Source: an uncultured virus (IMG/VR IMGVR_UViG_3300023687_000086) (lineage: Duplodnaviria; Heunggongvirae; Uroviricota; Caudoviricetes). From it: DNA of 24,723 nt. The position numbers were made by a program, and so were the translations under genes. The notes below the pieces were generated by a model that worked only from the letters and a program-made list of their open reading frames with translations, was not told where the DNA came from and made no database searches. The stretch lies in IMG/VR virus record IMGVR_UViG_3300023687_000086; one strand, written 5' to 3'. Numbering within the stretch: position 1 is the stretch's first letter; every line of letters starts with the position of its first letter. Positions 23,944 to 24,723 of the stretch are shown in pieces.

Positions 23944-24546
23944 TTAACCTTCAACTCTGTATGATTCTGGGTCATACTCAGATAATATCATGCGAGTCTT
24001 TTTCTTACGGTTCTTCTTATGCACAGCCTCCGCATCTTTGTAATTATACGACGCGATTGCACGAAGAGCGTCTTTCATGGTAGGTTCTATCTTAGGAAAA
24101 CCGATTTTATGTTCATGATATCCGCCACACGCATAATCATCGCGTCCAGATTCACGAGCACTAACTTTGTAGTTGCCATGGAACAAACGTATTGTGTCAT
24201 ATGAGAAGTCTATATAGAACGAATCGCCCTTAACCTTAAAATACACGCGATCCCCGTAGATTTGGCATTTAGCCTTCTTGTCAACAAAGAGTTCTTTCAA
24301 GATTCGGTTTGGAACACTCTTAAAGATTCGCTTATACACACTGACATTTGCAACGTAATCGGTAGCGCCAAGTGTTGTGTATACAAGATATTTGCAGCAC
24401 CTACAAATATTATGTTTGTTCGGCCGAAGCTTATACAGTTCGAGATCTCGATCTATAACCCAATTTGCGATATGATCACAGCCTCTGGCGTGAACAATAT
24501 GATTATTCGAATCCGTCATAATCAGCTTCCAATCTTTAGAAAGCAT
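23944..24546 (-). CDS. Hypothetical basic protein with Cys/His clusters (possible Zn site)
   Basis: AAGGAGG RBS on the minus strand; VHARGCDH...CRCC motif. Confidence 0.75.
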   Translation of the reverse strand: MLSKDWKLIMTDSNNHIVHARGCDHIANWVIDRDLELYKLRPNKHNICRCCKYLVYTTLGATDYVANVSVYKRIFKSVPNRILKELFVDKKAKCQIYGDRVYFKVKGDSFYIDFSYDTIRLFHGNYKVSARESGRDDYACGGYHEHKIGFPKIEPTMKDALRAIASYNYKDAEAVHKKNRKKKTRMILSEYDPESYRVEG

Positions 24547-24595
24547 ATATATTATGCGCCTCCTTCCTTTTGTAGTATTTGTTTCAGAGATAACT

Positions 24596-24620
24596 TAAAT
24601 ATGAGGGGCTTTTTTGGGGA
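24596..24620 (-). promoter_or_regulatory. Class I promoter-like motif (minus strand)
   Basis: Minus strand TCCCCAAAAAAGCCCCTCATATTTA, oriented toward gene 24546..23944. Confidence 0.7.
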
Positions 24621-24723
24621 ACAAAAGAAATAAAAAGGATAACATTCATTGTAGTGCGGAAGGCCATATAAGCCACATATACGCTGATAGAATGAGTTCC
24701 AGGCCACTTGGTTGGTCACGCAT

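Larger units (their letters stand above)
1..24723. mobile_element. Segment of a large conjugative element (megaplasmid or ICE); boundaries lie outside the window
   Basis: virD4, virB2-like, virB6-like, prgI, virB4 and parM-like genes; shared private motifs along the whole window; no core host genes apart from a lepB paralog. Confidence 0.8.

Noticed and set aside
24262..24633. 123-aa plus-strand ORF
   Set aside because: Antisense to 23944..24546, which has the RBS, the class I motif and the terminator.
1..24723. Relaxase, oriT, integrase, att sites, Rep protein, VirB1 hydrolase, defence systems
   Set aside because: No supporting motifs recognised in this window, so plasmid versus ICE cannot be decided here.

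Overview
This AT-rich window is read almost entirely from the + strand. It looks like the backbone of a large conjugative element (megaplasmid or ICE); the GAAAGGAG RBSs and gene families suggest a Firmicute/Clostridia-type host (inference). It encodes a partial transglutaminase-like protein, a membrane AGDEF diguanylate cyclase, two XRE regulators divergent from a sigma-70-family-like gene, a ParM-like actin with two partner ORFs, and a possible SSB-like protein. The Gram-positive-type T4SS genes are VirD4, a VirB2-like pilin, a triple-pilin-repeat protein, VirB6-like, PrgI and VirB4; there are also several exported or membrane proteins and a signal peptidase I. No relaxase, integrase or replication protein is recognisable. 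The most striking signals are: (1) a fixed-spacing motif TTYCCnAAA-N8-CATATTTA in 12 intergenic regions, usually fused to the upstream terminator, probably a private promoter for the element's own sigma factor; (2) a second motif TTTGTCACAAA-N9-AATGATACGTATT in 4 copies, three embedded in a TGTGA-N16-TCACA palindrome; (3) a ~270-nt structured RNA candidate behind a tandem pair of these second motifs, with three anti-Shine-Dalgarno (CUCCUUUCA) motifs and two tRNA-like T-arm modules; (4) a ~5-kb block splitting prgI from virB4, which holds fibre/adhesin-like genes, one inactivated by a 5-bp duplication. All functional calls come from visual motif recognition; no database searches were run.
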